NCBI GenBank assembly: GCA_964450385.1
Contig: CAYVEC010000008.1
Location: 3,835 to 67,834, forward strand
Reading direction: 5' to 3'
Source: an uncultured Planctomycetales bacterium
GTDB taxonomy: Bacteria; Omnitrophota; Gorgyraeia; Zapsychrales; JANLHA01
Length of the DNA: 64,000 nt
In this document: one piece after another, positions 9,417-18,539 of the stretch
Layout of the letters: each line of letters starts with the position of its first letter
How positions within the stretch are numbered: position 1 is the first letter of the stretch
Translations under genes and position numbers: made by a program
The notes under the pieces: model-generated
Seen by the model: the letters and a program-made list of their open reading frames with translations, nothing else
What the model was told of the DNA's origin: nothing
The model's database searches: none

Positions 9417-10796
9417 ATGACAAATAGTTTACTAATTAAAATATGCAAAATCGCGCTGATAAGCCTTTTTTCGCTGATTATCTGGAATGCGAGAGCAGAG
9501 GCTTCAATAAGTTTGGATGCGACCCCAATCCAAGGCGGCACAACACTGCGTTTCGGACGGATGGATGTCCTTGAGGGGGCGAGTAAAGAAGTTCGTGTTC
9601 GGATCAACACGAGCGAAACGACCCAGTATCAGGTCTTTCAGCAGATGATCCAGCCGATCACGTCCACGCAAGGCCGGCTGGCTGATTCCAGCCTATTGCA
9701 ATACTATGCCCTGCCCGGATCCAATTCCAGCGGGACGCTTTATGGCCAAGTCCCGCAAGGGGTATCACGCGCCGAAGAGCTCGTGTATTCGTCATCAGGG
9801 AACGGATCAAGCGACCGTTTTGTTCTGGTTTTTAATGTGAATCAAAACCTGCTGGATGATGGCGGGGAATATTCAGGCCAACTTTTACTCACACTTCGTC
9901 CGATCGGTCCTGGCTCGACCGAGCAGGTCTACATCAATGTGGTGATCGATGCGGAGGTCGATCAGTCGATCCGCTTTAATGATGCGCGAAGCTCAATTGA
10001 GCTCTCGACACTGCGAGCAGATCAAATGCAGGCGGATCTGAGCCTCTCCTTTGAGGTGAATGGCGGCATCAAGCTCTACCAGGAGATTGTCCAGGTCCCG
10101 GTCCATGAGCAGGGGGGGCATGACCTTGATCTTGGCGCCGTGCTCCTGACCGTTGCCGGTGAGGATCCGGCCGGACAAACGCACGTGGCTCCCGGCGAGG
10201 CCCTCACCCTGCAACGGCAATTGATCTTTGAAACCTCAACCTCGAGCGGTACGTGTCATCTCATGTACCAGATCGATCCCGACCGAGCAGAATCTCTTTC
10301 TGCCGGGCGGTATCGTGGACTCGTCCGTTATTACATTCAGACGCGGCGGGGCGAGGAAATTCTTGAAAAATATTTATCAGTTCATGTAGAGCCCATCTTT
10401 AGTATCCAGGTGTCTTTCCCTGATGGGCCGCTCTTCTTTAAGAATTTATTGCCAGGCGGCGCGCCCATGTTTTATTCCGTCGTTGCAACAGTTCAGACGA
10501 ACTTGGGTCGGCCGTATCAGGTCACACAGGAAATGGTCTCGCCGATGGTGAATGAAAAAGGGGATCCATTAGATCTGGACAACTTTTTGATTAGAACCGA
10601 GCTGTTGGAAGATTCTACGGGGAAAATTCAGCATTCGGACTTTGTGCCGTTTGCCCGGACTCGGGGGACGTTGTTCCTCTCGGACGCGGCAGGGTCGCCG
10701 GCTGAATTTCGCGTACTCTACCAAGTGAAGCCGTACAGCACCATGATCCCGGGGAACTACGCCTCGGAAATCCGTTATTCACTTGGTGAGATGTAA
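9417..10796 (+). CDS. secreted two-domain protein, candidate tip/adhesin-like fibre subunit
   Basis: Signal peptide IALISLFSLIIWNARAEA. C-terminus GNYASEIRYSL has the alternating-hydrophobic pattern of donor-strand-accepting pilins. No family assignment is possible by eye. Confidence 0.4.
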   Translation: MTNSLLIKICKIALISLFSLIIWNARAEASISLDATPIQGGTTLRFGRMDVLEGASKEVRVRINTSETTQYQVFQQMIQPITSTQGRLADSSLLQYYALPGSNSSGTLYGQVPQGVSRAEELVYSSSGNGSSDRFVLVFNVNQNLLDDGGEYSGQLLLTLRPIGPGSTEQVYINVVIDAEVDQSIRFNDARSSIELSTLRADQMQADLSLSFEVNGGIKLYQEIVQVPVHEQGGHDLDLGAVLLTVAGEDPAGQTHVAPGEALTLQRQLIFETSTSSGTCHLMYQIDPDRAESLSAGRYRGLVRYYIQTRRGEEILEKYLSVHVEPIFSIQVSFPDGPLFFKNLLPGGAPMFYSVVATVQTNLGRPYQVTQEMVSPMVNEKGDPLDLDNFLIRTELLEDSTGKIQHSDFVPFARTRGTLFLSDAAGSPAEFRVLYQVKPYSTMIPGNYASEIRYSLGEM

Positions 10797-10842
10797 TTCC
10801 CTGCTCGATCGTATACATGATGGTTAACCAGAAGGAGGTTTT

Positions 10843-11463
10843 ATGAAAAAACTCAACCCCATATGTATCGTTGCCTTGACGGTCGCGATGATCGTCAGCG
10901 CAACAACAGTGTGGGCCGCAGAGCAGGCGTTCCCGATTGCTGTCAGCATTCCGGCCGCCACCGCTGTGACCTTCACTGTCAGCAAAGTTACCGGGACAAC
11001 CTGGGCAACTAACAACTACAACCTGGAGTTCGGGCAGCTCGATTTCGAACCGGTGAATAAGATCTTTACTGCACCGTTTTATTTCGCGATCGATCTTGGT
11101 TCGAACGGAACAGGCGCCGGGGTGCCGGATGAGATCAAACTTACCTATAGTGAGTCATCCAATCCCAACAGCGTCGCGGGTACTGGCCGCCGAGGGCTCG
11201 GTTACAAAAGTGTCGTGACCGTTGCGAAGGCGATTGAAGACAGCGCGGACTCTGTGCTGCACAAGGTCCTGTTGCAAAAAGTCGGTTCCATTGACGCCTT
11301 GGATAAGACGTCATTCGTCGGCGGTTGGCCGCGTGTTTATGTCGGCATCTATGACGGCAACGCGAAAAACAGCAGCGGCGATGCAGATGAGGAGCTCTTT
11401 ACCCTCGAAGACGCGCCCGGTGATTATCTCGGCGTTTTAACGATTACAGCGATTGTGAACTAA
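10843..11463 (+). CDS. secreted ~200-aa protein, candidate major fibre/pilin-like subunit (SCPU/Csu-like)
   Basis: Strong SD (AGGAGG). Signal peptide ends VWA. Post-signal alternating segment IAVSIPAATAVTFTV. C-terminal GDYLGVLTITAIVN resembles the chaperone-usher pilin F-strand motif. Confidence 0.4.
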   Translation: MKKLNPICIVALTVAMIVSATTVWAAEQAFPIAVSIPAATAVTFTVSKVTGTTWATNNYNLEFGQLDFEPVNKIFTAPFYFAIDLGSNGTGAGVPDEIKLTYSESSNPNSVAGTGRRGLGYKSVVTVAKAIEDSADSVLHKVLLQKVGSIDALDKTSFVGGWPRVYVGIYDGNAKNSSGDADEELFTLEDAPGDYLGVLTITAIVN

Positions 11464-11476
11464 CATTAGGGAAAAA

Positions 11477-11524
11477 AGAGGCACCTGTTTGTGGACTGTG
11501 TACAGCACCGCGACAGGTGCCTCT
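11477..11524 (+). other. intercistronic stem-loop (12-bp perfect GC-rich stem, 24-nt loop) with no following U-tract
   Basis: AGAGGCACCTGT (11477-11488) pairs with ACAGGTGCCTCT (11513-11524). It lies immediately after the putative subunit gene. Confidence 0.5.
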
Positions 11525-11559
11525 TGAAACATGGTTCGAACACAACGAAAGAAGCTCCA

Positions 11560-12402
11560 ATGGCCTTAAAACGGATCGGATATTTGCTCGGATTCCTCGT
11601 GGTCTGGCAGTGCGCTCAGACAGGCCCGCTTTATGCACAGGTCTTGGTTCAAGAAGGCAAGATCAAAGAAGCCCTAATGCCCGGGCAAAAAAAGGCAGGG
11701 GTCATTACGATCCATAACACATCGAATGAGCCAATCGATATCCGGTCTTATTTTGAAGATTTTAAATATGAGGAGCCCTTTCGTGGGAAAAAAGAATTCC
11801 TTGCCGCCGGAAGCGCCCAAGACTCATGCAGCGCCTGGATCAAATTTTATCCTCAGAATTTTTCCCTGGCCCCGTTCGCAAAAGAGGAGATCAACTACAC
11901 GATCAGCTTTCCAGATGATGCTCAGGGCGGGTATTACTGTGTTCTCTTTTTTGAGAAGTCATTGGGGACGATCCGGCCAGCCGGCAATGATCCAGCGGAT
12001 GTATCTCAGCCCGGCGTCTCGGTGGTGGCTCGGGTCGGCACTCTTTTTTTTCTTGAGTCCTCAGCCCGAAAAAAAACAATCCAGGTGGATGACCTTAGAT
12101 TTGAGCAATCGACATTGACGGGCTCCGTTACAAACACCGGTGATGTCACGCTTGTCATTAAGCCGATCTATTATTTAATCAGCACGAATGGCGTTCCGAG
12201 TGACCGTGGAGAACGCGAGAAGATATACCTTCCGGCCGGAGAGACCACTAAATTTGATGTCCCGATGTCGGATCAATTAGCAGAGGGGCGGCACGATCTT
12301 GTGATCACCTTTGATCTCGAAGACGGGATTTCGCATGTCGTTGAAGGAAAGATTAACCGGTCACGTCAAGAAGGATTCTCAATAACGAATATTCGGCAAT
12401 AG
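11560..12402 (+). CDS. secreted two-domain beta-rich protein, candidate periplasmic chaperone-like component
   Basis: Signal peptide ALKRIGYLLGFLVVWQCAQTGPLYAQV. Beta-strand-like segments GVITIHNTSNEPIDIRSYF and VTLVIKPIYYLIS. The start may instead be upstream at 11491 in the same frame. Confidence 0.35.
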   Translation: MALKRIGYLLGFLVVWQCAQTGPLYAQVLVQEGKIKEALMPGQKKAGVITIHNTSNEPIDIRSYFEDFKYEEPFRGKKEFLAAGSAQDSCSAWIKFYPQNFSLAPFAKEEINYTISFPDDAQGGYYCVLFFEKSLGTIRPAGNDPADVSQPGVSVVARVGTLFFLESSARKKTIQVDDLRFEQSTLTGSVTNTGDVTLVIKPIYYLISTNGVPSDRGEREKIYLPAGETTKFDVPMSDQLAEGRHDLVITFDLEDGISHVVEGKINRSRQEGFSITNIRQ

Positions 12403-12439
12403 CTGGACCGGGAGTGATGGGCAACTACAACTGGAAACA

Positions 12440-15328
12440 ATGAACGCGCGATCAATTATTGTTATTGGAATCATGTGTCTTGTCGCCACTGTGAGTGATC
12501 TCCCGGGAGGCACGCAAGAGGCCTGTGCCCAGTACACGAATATCTTTCATTCGTATATGACCCAGGGGAAAGAGGCCCTCGAAGAAGGCCGCTACCAGGA
12601 TGCACTGCTCTTTTTTGAGACTGCGCAGATCGTTAGCCCCGGAGACGCTGAGCTCAATCAGTATCTAAATCTTGTCAAGCGTCACATTGAGGATCGGATT
12701 CAGGGCGCTCCGATCCAACCCGCAAAGAGTCGAAGCGTTCCCGCTGATGTCCCAGCTGCCACGTCGTATAAAGAAGCAGCCCGTGTTTCGGCCAGCGCGG
12801 ATCCCCGTCCGGCACTTGGGTCGAGACCGAAACCCGCGATCACGCGTGTGTCTCCTGAACCGGATGTGACAACACCTATCCTTGATCTGCCGCCGCAGGA
12901 TCAGACCCCGGTTGCCGCCACCCCGAATGTCGCGCTCCCATACCAAAAAAATTTTAAAACGATCGCTCTTGACCTCGACGCGACACTCTGGGCATCACAG
13001 CCCAATACCCTTCTTGAGATCCCGTTAAATACAAAAGTCCTTGTCCGGTCGACTGCGACCATTGAACGGTATCTGGTGATCATCCCGGACCAGATCGCGG
13101 TGGAACGGGTGAGCCATAGCGAGATTATCCTGACACCGCTCAAGCGCGGCCAGACATTTTTTCACCTCTGGGACAGCAATGACCAGCGCTGGACATTCAA
13201 TATCGCGAACGTCCTGCCGCTGTCCGAGCAGAACATCTTCGACGTTAGCGAACCTCAGCGCCAGACGTCCTTTGACAATTTCAAAATCACCTATGACACC
13301 TCCTGGAACTCGTTTTATACCGGGCCTAGTAAAAGCGATGTCGACAGGGACTCGATGCTGTTTCGAAATACATTCGGCATCTATGGGCCGACACCCTATG
13401 GCCGCGTTGACGGAAGCATCACGTATAGTCGAACCGATATCGAACCCACGAAGGCCAAGGATTATACGGCAGGGATCACCGAGGGATATATCGGCCCACT
13501 GAAGGATTTTTCGCTCAGGATCTTCGATGCGCAGAGGGAGCTCTCGCCGCTTACGTTGCCGGGCCAGGTCTTTCGCGGGGCCCTCTATGAAGATAGTTTC
13601 GGGGATGGCACGTTTGACCTGACCCTATTGCGCGGCCAGGCGCGTCTTACGTATGGCCCGATCGCCCCAGGGCTGAGTCTGAGCGATGACACCTATGTCG
13701 AGGGCGGACGAATTCAATATAATCTCCCGGAGAGCAAAGATCTCGTTGCGGTGAACTATGCACATTCTTGGGGCGACGATCGATCTAGCGAGGCCAAGGA
13801 CAAGGCCTATTCTGCGGAATACGAGAAACAACTGGGCGAGTATACCCGGTTTTTTTCTGAGGTCGCCCATGACGAGGATGAGACCGCGTATCGATTGCGA
13901 ACCAAATATCAAGAAGGCCGGGACCGTTTTGAGCTCCGTTTTCGTGATATCCCGGCGGAATACGGCACCGCCATGGGAACACCGATCAATCAAGGGGAAA
14001 TCGGCACCGAGATGTCGTGGGGCACGGATTGGCACGCCTTTCAACTCTCCTCATATTTAGATGTGTACCGTGACCACAGCCTGGAGAATCCGGAAGATCC
14101 CGATGCCTTGAACACCGACTTCTCATTGTCTGCCTATCGCCCTCTGCCGGGGAAAGCGGCATGGCGGACCGACGCCTATTTTTATCACACGCCCGGGCTT
14201 ATCTCTGATGAGATTGATTATCGATTGAGCTCAACCCTTTCAAAGAATTTCTCCATATTTGGGAAAAACCTGTATAACTATCTGACGGGCAGTGTCCATC
14301 AAAAACGTTCCGACTCCAATCCCCAGACGGATTATGACCGAAACAGTGTGACCCTGGGGATGAATTATCCGCTAACAAAGAAACTCCGTCTCTTCATGAA
14401 TTATGACCTCTACTGGATCACCGATCGGGGAGGGGACAATAGTGAGAGCCATCCTGAGGCCCTGACCACAAATCTGATCTACAGTCACTCGTTTAACGAG
14501 GAGTGGCGCCTCGAGTCGAGCATCTCGTATCGCGATGAGGAACGGACCGAAGGCAGCAAAACCTTTTTAGCCGGCGAGGACAGCCTGAGTACCGGTCTGA
14601 ATCTCTCCTATTTCCCGACACCTGACTTAAGCATCTATCTGGATGGCCGGGTGCGCGACGTTTGGACGGAAAAAAATACACAGGATGCTTATACTGAATG
14701 CGATGTCCGTTTTGGGGTCCGGTCAACCTGGGATACGGGACTGTCCTGGAATCCGCAGGGAATTGTAAATGGCTATGTCTTTAAGGACGTTAACATGAAC
14801 GGCCAGCGTGATGCAGACGAACCCGGCATCGGAGGCGTTACGGTCCGGATCGGTGAGACCTCGGCCTTGACAGACCGGACCGGATGGTATTATGCCGATG
14901 TGCGCGCCGCCTCGGTCTTGATCACCCCTGATGTCCAGACGATCCCAACGGGATATATCTTTAAAGAGACGAGCGGGGCGCGCTATACCATCGGTCATGG
15001 ATCCGCGATCACCCATGATATCGCCTTGACATCAAACTCAGGGATCTTCGGCGTGGCCTTCGTTGATGCGAATGGCAACGGCACACCCGAGGCGGATGAA
15101 CAAAAGCTCCGTTCGGTTCGCGTCCTGGTGAATCGTGAGTTTGAATACGTCACGGATTCTCGCGGCGCGTATTTTGTCACGGATCTGAAGGCAGGTCAGC
15201 ATGATCTTGCGATTGATTTAGGATCGATCCCGATGGAATTTCTTCCAACCATTCCGCTCACGGCAACCATCACGATCGATGAAGGTACAACCTACATCTT
15301 TAACATCCCTGTCCAGCCGAAGAAATAA
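12440..15328 (+). CDS. 962-aa outer-membrane protein: signal peptide, TPR-like region, Pro-rich linker, pilus-formation-N (T2SS/T3SS pil_N)-like domain, predicted beta-barrel, two C-terminal Cna-B/SdrD-B-like domains
   Basis: LDLDATLWASQPNTLLEIPLNTKVLVRS...VIIPDQIAVERVSHSEIILTPLKRGQTFFHLWD matches the CpaC/RcpA N-domain pattern. There are many amphipathic aromatic-ended strands (LFMNYDLYWITD, LNLSYFPTPDLSIYLDGRV). C-terminal NGYVFKDVNMNGQRDADEPGIGGVTVRI and VDANGNGTPEADEQKLRSVRVLV are Cna-B-like. Confidence 0.45.
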   Translation: MNARSIIVIGIMCLVATVSDLPGGTQEACAQYTNIFHSYMTQGKEALEEGRYQDALLFFETAQIVSPGDAELNQYLNLVKRHIEDRIQGAPIQPAKSRSVPADVPAATSYKEAARVSASADPRPALGSRPKPAITRVSPEPDVTTPILDLPPQDQTPVAATPNVALPYQKNFKTIALDLDATLWASQPNTLLEIPLNTKVLVRSTATIERYLVIIPDQIAVERVSHSEIILTPLKRGQTFFHLWDSNDQRWTFNIANVLPLSEQNIFDVSEPQRQTSFDNFKITYDTSWNSFYTGPSKSDVDRDSMLFRNTFGIYGPTPYGRVDGSITYSRTDIEPTKAKDYTAGITEGYIGPLKDFSLRIFDAQRELSPLTLPGQVFRGALYEDSFGDGTFDLTLLRGQARLTYGPIAPGLSLSDDTYVEGGRIQYNLPESKDLVAVNYAHSWGDDRSSEAKDKAYSAEYEKQLGEYTRFFSEVAHDEDETAYRLRTKYQEGRDRFELRFRDIPAEYGTAMGTPINQGEIGTEMSWGTDWHAFQLSSYLDVYRDHSLENPEDPDALNTDFSLSAYRPLPGKAAWRTDAYFYHTPGLISDEIDYRLSSTLSKNFSIFGKNLYNYLTGSVHQKRSDSNPQTDYDRNSVTLGMNYPLTKKLRLFMNYDLYWITDRGGDNSESHPEALTTNLIYSHSFNEEWRLESSISYRDEERTEGSKTFLAGEDSLSTGLNLSYFPTPDLSIYLDGRVRDVWTEKNTQDAYTECDVRFGVRSTWDTGLSWNPQGIVNGYVFKDVNMNGQRDADEPGIGGVTVRIGETSALTDRTGWYYADVRAASVLITPDVQTIPTGYIFKETSGARYTIGHGSAITHDIALTSNSGIFGVAFVDANGNGTPEADEQKLRSVRVLVNREFEYVTDSRGAYFVTDLKAGQHDLAIDLGSIPMEFLPTIPLTATITIDEGTTYIFNIPVQPKK

Positions 15329-15331
15329 CCC

Positions 15332-15571
15332 CTAATCGGCCACAACGGTTTGCAAGACCACTGCCCGACCATCACGGATGGCGCGTGATTCCTGCATCCT
15401 GAGCGGCGAAGCCGCAGTGTTGTCAGCCAGATCCATCTCGTGTGGGAAATAGTTTAAGCCGAGAAGACGAGGGATCCTGACCGAGACAGTGAAGTTCTGG
15501 GTGTCCGCGAGTGCCAGTGGTGCGACGACTAGGGTGAAAAGGGCGATCAGAAAAAGAATCTTTCTAATCAT
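15332..15571 (-). CDS. small secreted hypothetical protein (79 aa)
   Basis: Strong SD on the minus strand (GGAAAGGAGCCAAC-ATG). Signal peptide ILFLIALFTLVVAPLALA. Confidence 0.45.
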   Translation of the reverse strand: MIRKILFLIALFTLVVAPLALADTQNFTVSVRIPRLLGLNYFPHEMDLADNTAASPLRMQESRAIRDGRAVVLQTVVAD

Positions 15572-15597
15572 GTTGGCTCCTTTCCGAGCCCATCATG

Positions 15598-15628
15598 AAA
15601 AAACCCTTCGACATTTGAAGGGTTTTTT
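15598..15628. terminator. bidirectional rho-independent terminator hairpin (A-tract/stem/T-tract)
   Basis: AAAAAACCCTTC-gacattt-GAAGGGTTTTTT. Perfect stem flanked by A6 and T6. Confidence 0.6.
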
Positions 15629-15929
15629 CGTTAACGGAACTCTCGTTTAGATCGAGTTACGGTAGCCTGACGACCATATCCCCACATGGCTAAGGACTTA
15701 GGTTCACGGCTTTGTGCCCTACTCTTTCGAGTAGTTTACCTTTCAAATTGTCACTTAAAGTATAACATCCTGTTTTCGAGCAATGCAAACCAGGTGGGCC
15801 GGGAAATCGAATTTTTATCAGGTGTTAAAAAATCCAATTTTAGTGTAAAGCATTGATGTATATTGTGTTATAGTAATGCGGATTTAAAAGGAGAAAACGC
15901 TTTCTTTTTTTAACAAAAAAAGGTGGTAT

Positions 15930-16838
15930 ATGCGGCACAAGACTCTTTCGCATTATGTTATTTTATTCGGCAAGGGTTTCTGTATGGGCATCGCGGATGT
16001 GATCCCGGGCGTCTCAGGAGGCACGATCGCCTTCATGGTCGGCATTTATGAAGAACTGATCAATGGAATCCATGCGTTCAACATCACATTTCTTAAAACC
16101 ATCCTGCGCGGGGATATCTGCGGGGCCTTCGGTCTCATCCCCTGGCGATTCCTGTTTGCGGTGTTTGGTGGCATCCTTACCGCGATTTTTAGTCTGTCGC
16201 ATCTCATGAAATGGCTGCTTCAGAACCATCCGGTTCCTGTGAACGCCTTCTTTTTTGGACTGGTTGCTGCGACAGTCGTGATCATCGCACGATCGATCCG
16301 CCGGCCGGATTTTGCTCAGCTTGCTGTTGGGATCATCGCCGCATGGATCATGTATATGATCGTGGGGTTATTGCCGATCGAGACGCCAACGAACCTGGCG
16401 TTTCTCTTTTTCTGCGGGATCATCGCAATCTGTGCGATGATCCTTCCGGGGATATCAGGCGCCTTTATCCTGCTTATCCTTGGAAAATATGATTACATCA
16501 TTACGGCCGTGGCGGATCGTAATTTTATAATTTTATTTGTTGTGGCCGCCGGATGCGCGGTGGGTTTGTTGTCGTTCATCCGTGCTCTCAAATGGCTGTT
16601 CCTGCGGTACCATGATTTGACCCTGGCCGTCCTGAGCGGTCTCGTCTTGGGCTCCTTGCGGCGGATCTGGCCATGGAAGGCAGCACTCCGATCGGAGTTG
16701 CCCATCGGAGACATGGTTTCCGTTGAACAGATCAATATCCTGCCCCAGGCCCTCGACACCGAGGTGACGACCGCGCTCGGCCTTATCGTGCTCGGGATCA
16801 TAGTGAGCATGGTCCTATCAAAGCTCGATCAATCGTAA
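15930..16838 (+). CDS. DUF368-family membrane protein (PopT-like putative undecaprenyl-phosphate translocase family)
   Basis: GVSGGTIAFMVGIYEELI and a second ILPGISGAFILLILG repeat. About 8 TM helices. SD is AAGGTGG. Confidence 0.7.
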   Translation: MRHKTLSHYVILFGKGFCMGIADVIPGVSGGTIAFMVGIYEELINGIHAFNITFLKTILRGDICGAFGLIPWRFLFAVFGGILTAIFSLSHLMKWLLQNHPVPVNAFFFGLVAATVVIIARSIRRPDFAQLAVGIIAAWIMYMIVGLLPIETPTNLAFLFFCGIIAICAMILPGISGAFILLILGKYDYIITAVADRNFIILFVVAAGCAVGLLSFIRALKWLFLRYHDLTLAVLSGLVLGSLRRIWPWKAALRSELPIGDMVSVEQINILPQALDTEVTTALGLIVLGIIVSMVLSKLDQS

Positions 16839-16843
16839 CCCTG

Positions 16844-17548
16844 CTACACCAGGGATCGGATCACATCAACGGCGTTTCGCTGGGCGTCGAAAACTTTTTC
16901 AGACGACTGCTGCGGCATCTCATAAGGATTGTCGATGCCGATCCGGTCTGTGACATAGAGCACGGCAAGGATCGGACGGCCGATATGCGTCGCGGCCTGA
17001 ATCACAGCCGCGCTCTCGAGGTCCACGACATCAACCTCGAGGGCCTGAAAACGGTCGATCAAGGTGGGCTCTAAAAGGATTGAATTCACCGATGCGGCGG
17101 TCACGGTCGGCAACTTCCGGTCGGCCAACTCTTCACGAAGCAAATCTGCGGTTGGCACAGGCCCGCCCACCGGGGGTCGGCCTGTTAAGATCTGGCTGAA
17201 CGATCCTATGTCATACGACTTCCCGACCAGGACAAGGGAACCGACCCCGAGACCCGAGGAGGGGAGACACCCGCAGCTGCCGATAAAAACAATCTGGCGG
17301 CACGGGGAATCTTGGAGTAGTAACACCGCATCTCCCGCGAAGCATTCACCCATGCGAGTCTCAATAAGGGTTAAACCATGAGCGCTACCCGCTCGGTAGG
17401 GGAAACCCTTGCTAAGCTCGGTGAGCCCTAGACCCTCGAGAACGGATCGGTGCAGAAACGGCATGAGCACACATGTTCGTTCAAAATTTTTCACCGAGCA
17501 TCCAAAAACACGATCATTCGGTATCATATGATTTGTCCCTTTGTTCAA
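16844..17548 (-). CDS. nucleoside phosphorylase family-1 protein (MTA/SAH nucleosidase or futalosine hydrolase-like)
   Basis: PNP_UDP_1-like pattern: IVFIGSCGCL, LVGKSYDIG, VDLESAAV. Start may be the internal Met (MIPN). Confidence 0.5.
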   Translation of the reverse strand: MNKGTNHMIPNDRVFGCSVKNFERTCVLMPFLHRSVLEGLGLTELSKGFPYRAGSAHGLTLIETRMGECFAGDAVLLLQDSPCRQIVFIGSCGCLPSSGLGVGSLVLVGKSYDIGSFSQILTGRPPVGGPVPTADLLREELADRKLPTVTAASVNSILLEPTLIDRFQALEVDVVDLESAAVIQAATHIGRPILAVLYVTDRIGIDNPYEMPQQSSEKVFDAQRNAVDVIRSLV

Positions 17549-17603
17549 TCAAAATTTATGTTAGAATTATAACATTTCCGACGCCGAAACGTAAGGAGGA
17601 ATC

Positions 17604-18539
17604 GTGGAATACCGAAATCTACACCCGGCCTTGCCGCAGGTCTCTGCCTTGGGCCTCGGCACATGGCCCTTTAGCGGGGATGCGACGTGGGGGAGTACGG
17701 ATGAGGCGTCGTGCGTCGGCGTCATCGACTGTGCCCTCGAGCACGGCATCAATCTTATCGACACGGCTCCGATCTACGGCATCGGCCGCGCCGAGCAGGT
17801 CGTGGGTCAGGCCTTACGTCACCATGACCGGTCCCGCGTCTACGTCGCGACAAAATGCGGACTCCGAAAAAACGGCAACCGGATCACCGTTGACCTTTCC
17901 CCTGAATTCATTGATGAAGAAATCGATCGCTCGCGGCGTTTTCTAAATACTGATTATATCGACCTCTATCAATGCCACTGGCCTGACCCAACGACCCCTG
18001 TGCGAGCGACCGTTGACAAGCTCATGGACCTCGTTCGGTCCGGCACGATCCGGGCCTTTGGGGTATCGAATTTCTCAAAGGCTGAACTGAATGAGATCGC
18101 GGACCTTGGTCCGGTTGCATCACTCCAGTCGCAGCTTTCGCTCCTGGACCGCGGCGTTCAGGAGAAGGGGATCCTCAGTGCGTGCCACGACCGCGGGATC
18201 GGATTTCTTGCCTACGGACCGCTCGCCGGCGGGATCCTATCCGGAAAATATCGAACACCTCCGGCGTTGTCAAAGGCCGATGTCCGGCAGTTTTTTTACA
18301 AACACTATCAAGGCCGGAACTTCGATCAGGCCCAGGCCCTGGTTGCCCGCCTGTCCGCCATGGGGCATCCGCTTCATCAGACCGCGATCAACTGGGTGCG
18401 TCAGCAGCCAGGGGTGACATCTGTCCTCATCGGGGCCCGGACCACGGATCAGCTGCTCGCGAACATCGCAGCCTTCGATTGGACACTCTCCGAAACCGAG
18501 ATGAGCCAGATCGGTCAGGCGCTTAACGTCACCCCATGA
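17604..18539 (+). CDS. aldo/keto reductase
   Basis: GLGTWPFSG...IDTAPIYG...LGPLAGGILSGKY. GTG start after TAAGGAGG. Confidence 0.8.
   Translation: MEYRNLHPALPQVSALGLGTWPFSGDATWGSTDEASCVGVIDCALEHGINLIDTAPIYGIGRAEQVVGQALRHHDRSRVYVATKCGLRKNGNRITVDLSPEFIDEEIDRSRRFLNTDYIDLYQCHWPDPTTPVRATVDKLMDLVRSGTIRAFGVSNFSKAELNEIADLGPVASLQSQLSLLDRGVQEKGILSACHDRGIGFLAYGPLAGGILSGKYRTPPALSKADVRQFFYKHYQGRNFDQAQALVARLSAMGHPLHQTAINWVRQQPGVTSVLIGARTTDQLLANIAAFDWTLSETEMSQIGQALNVTP

Noticed and set aside
12440-15328. Calling the 962-aa protein a canonical fimbrial usher or a secretin
   Set aside because: It lacks the usher plug and N/C-domain pattern and the secretin C-domain signature (the VP-LxxIP-IGxLF-like motif). 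Only the pil_N-like segment is secretin-related.
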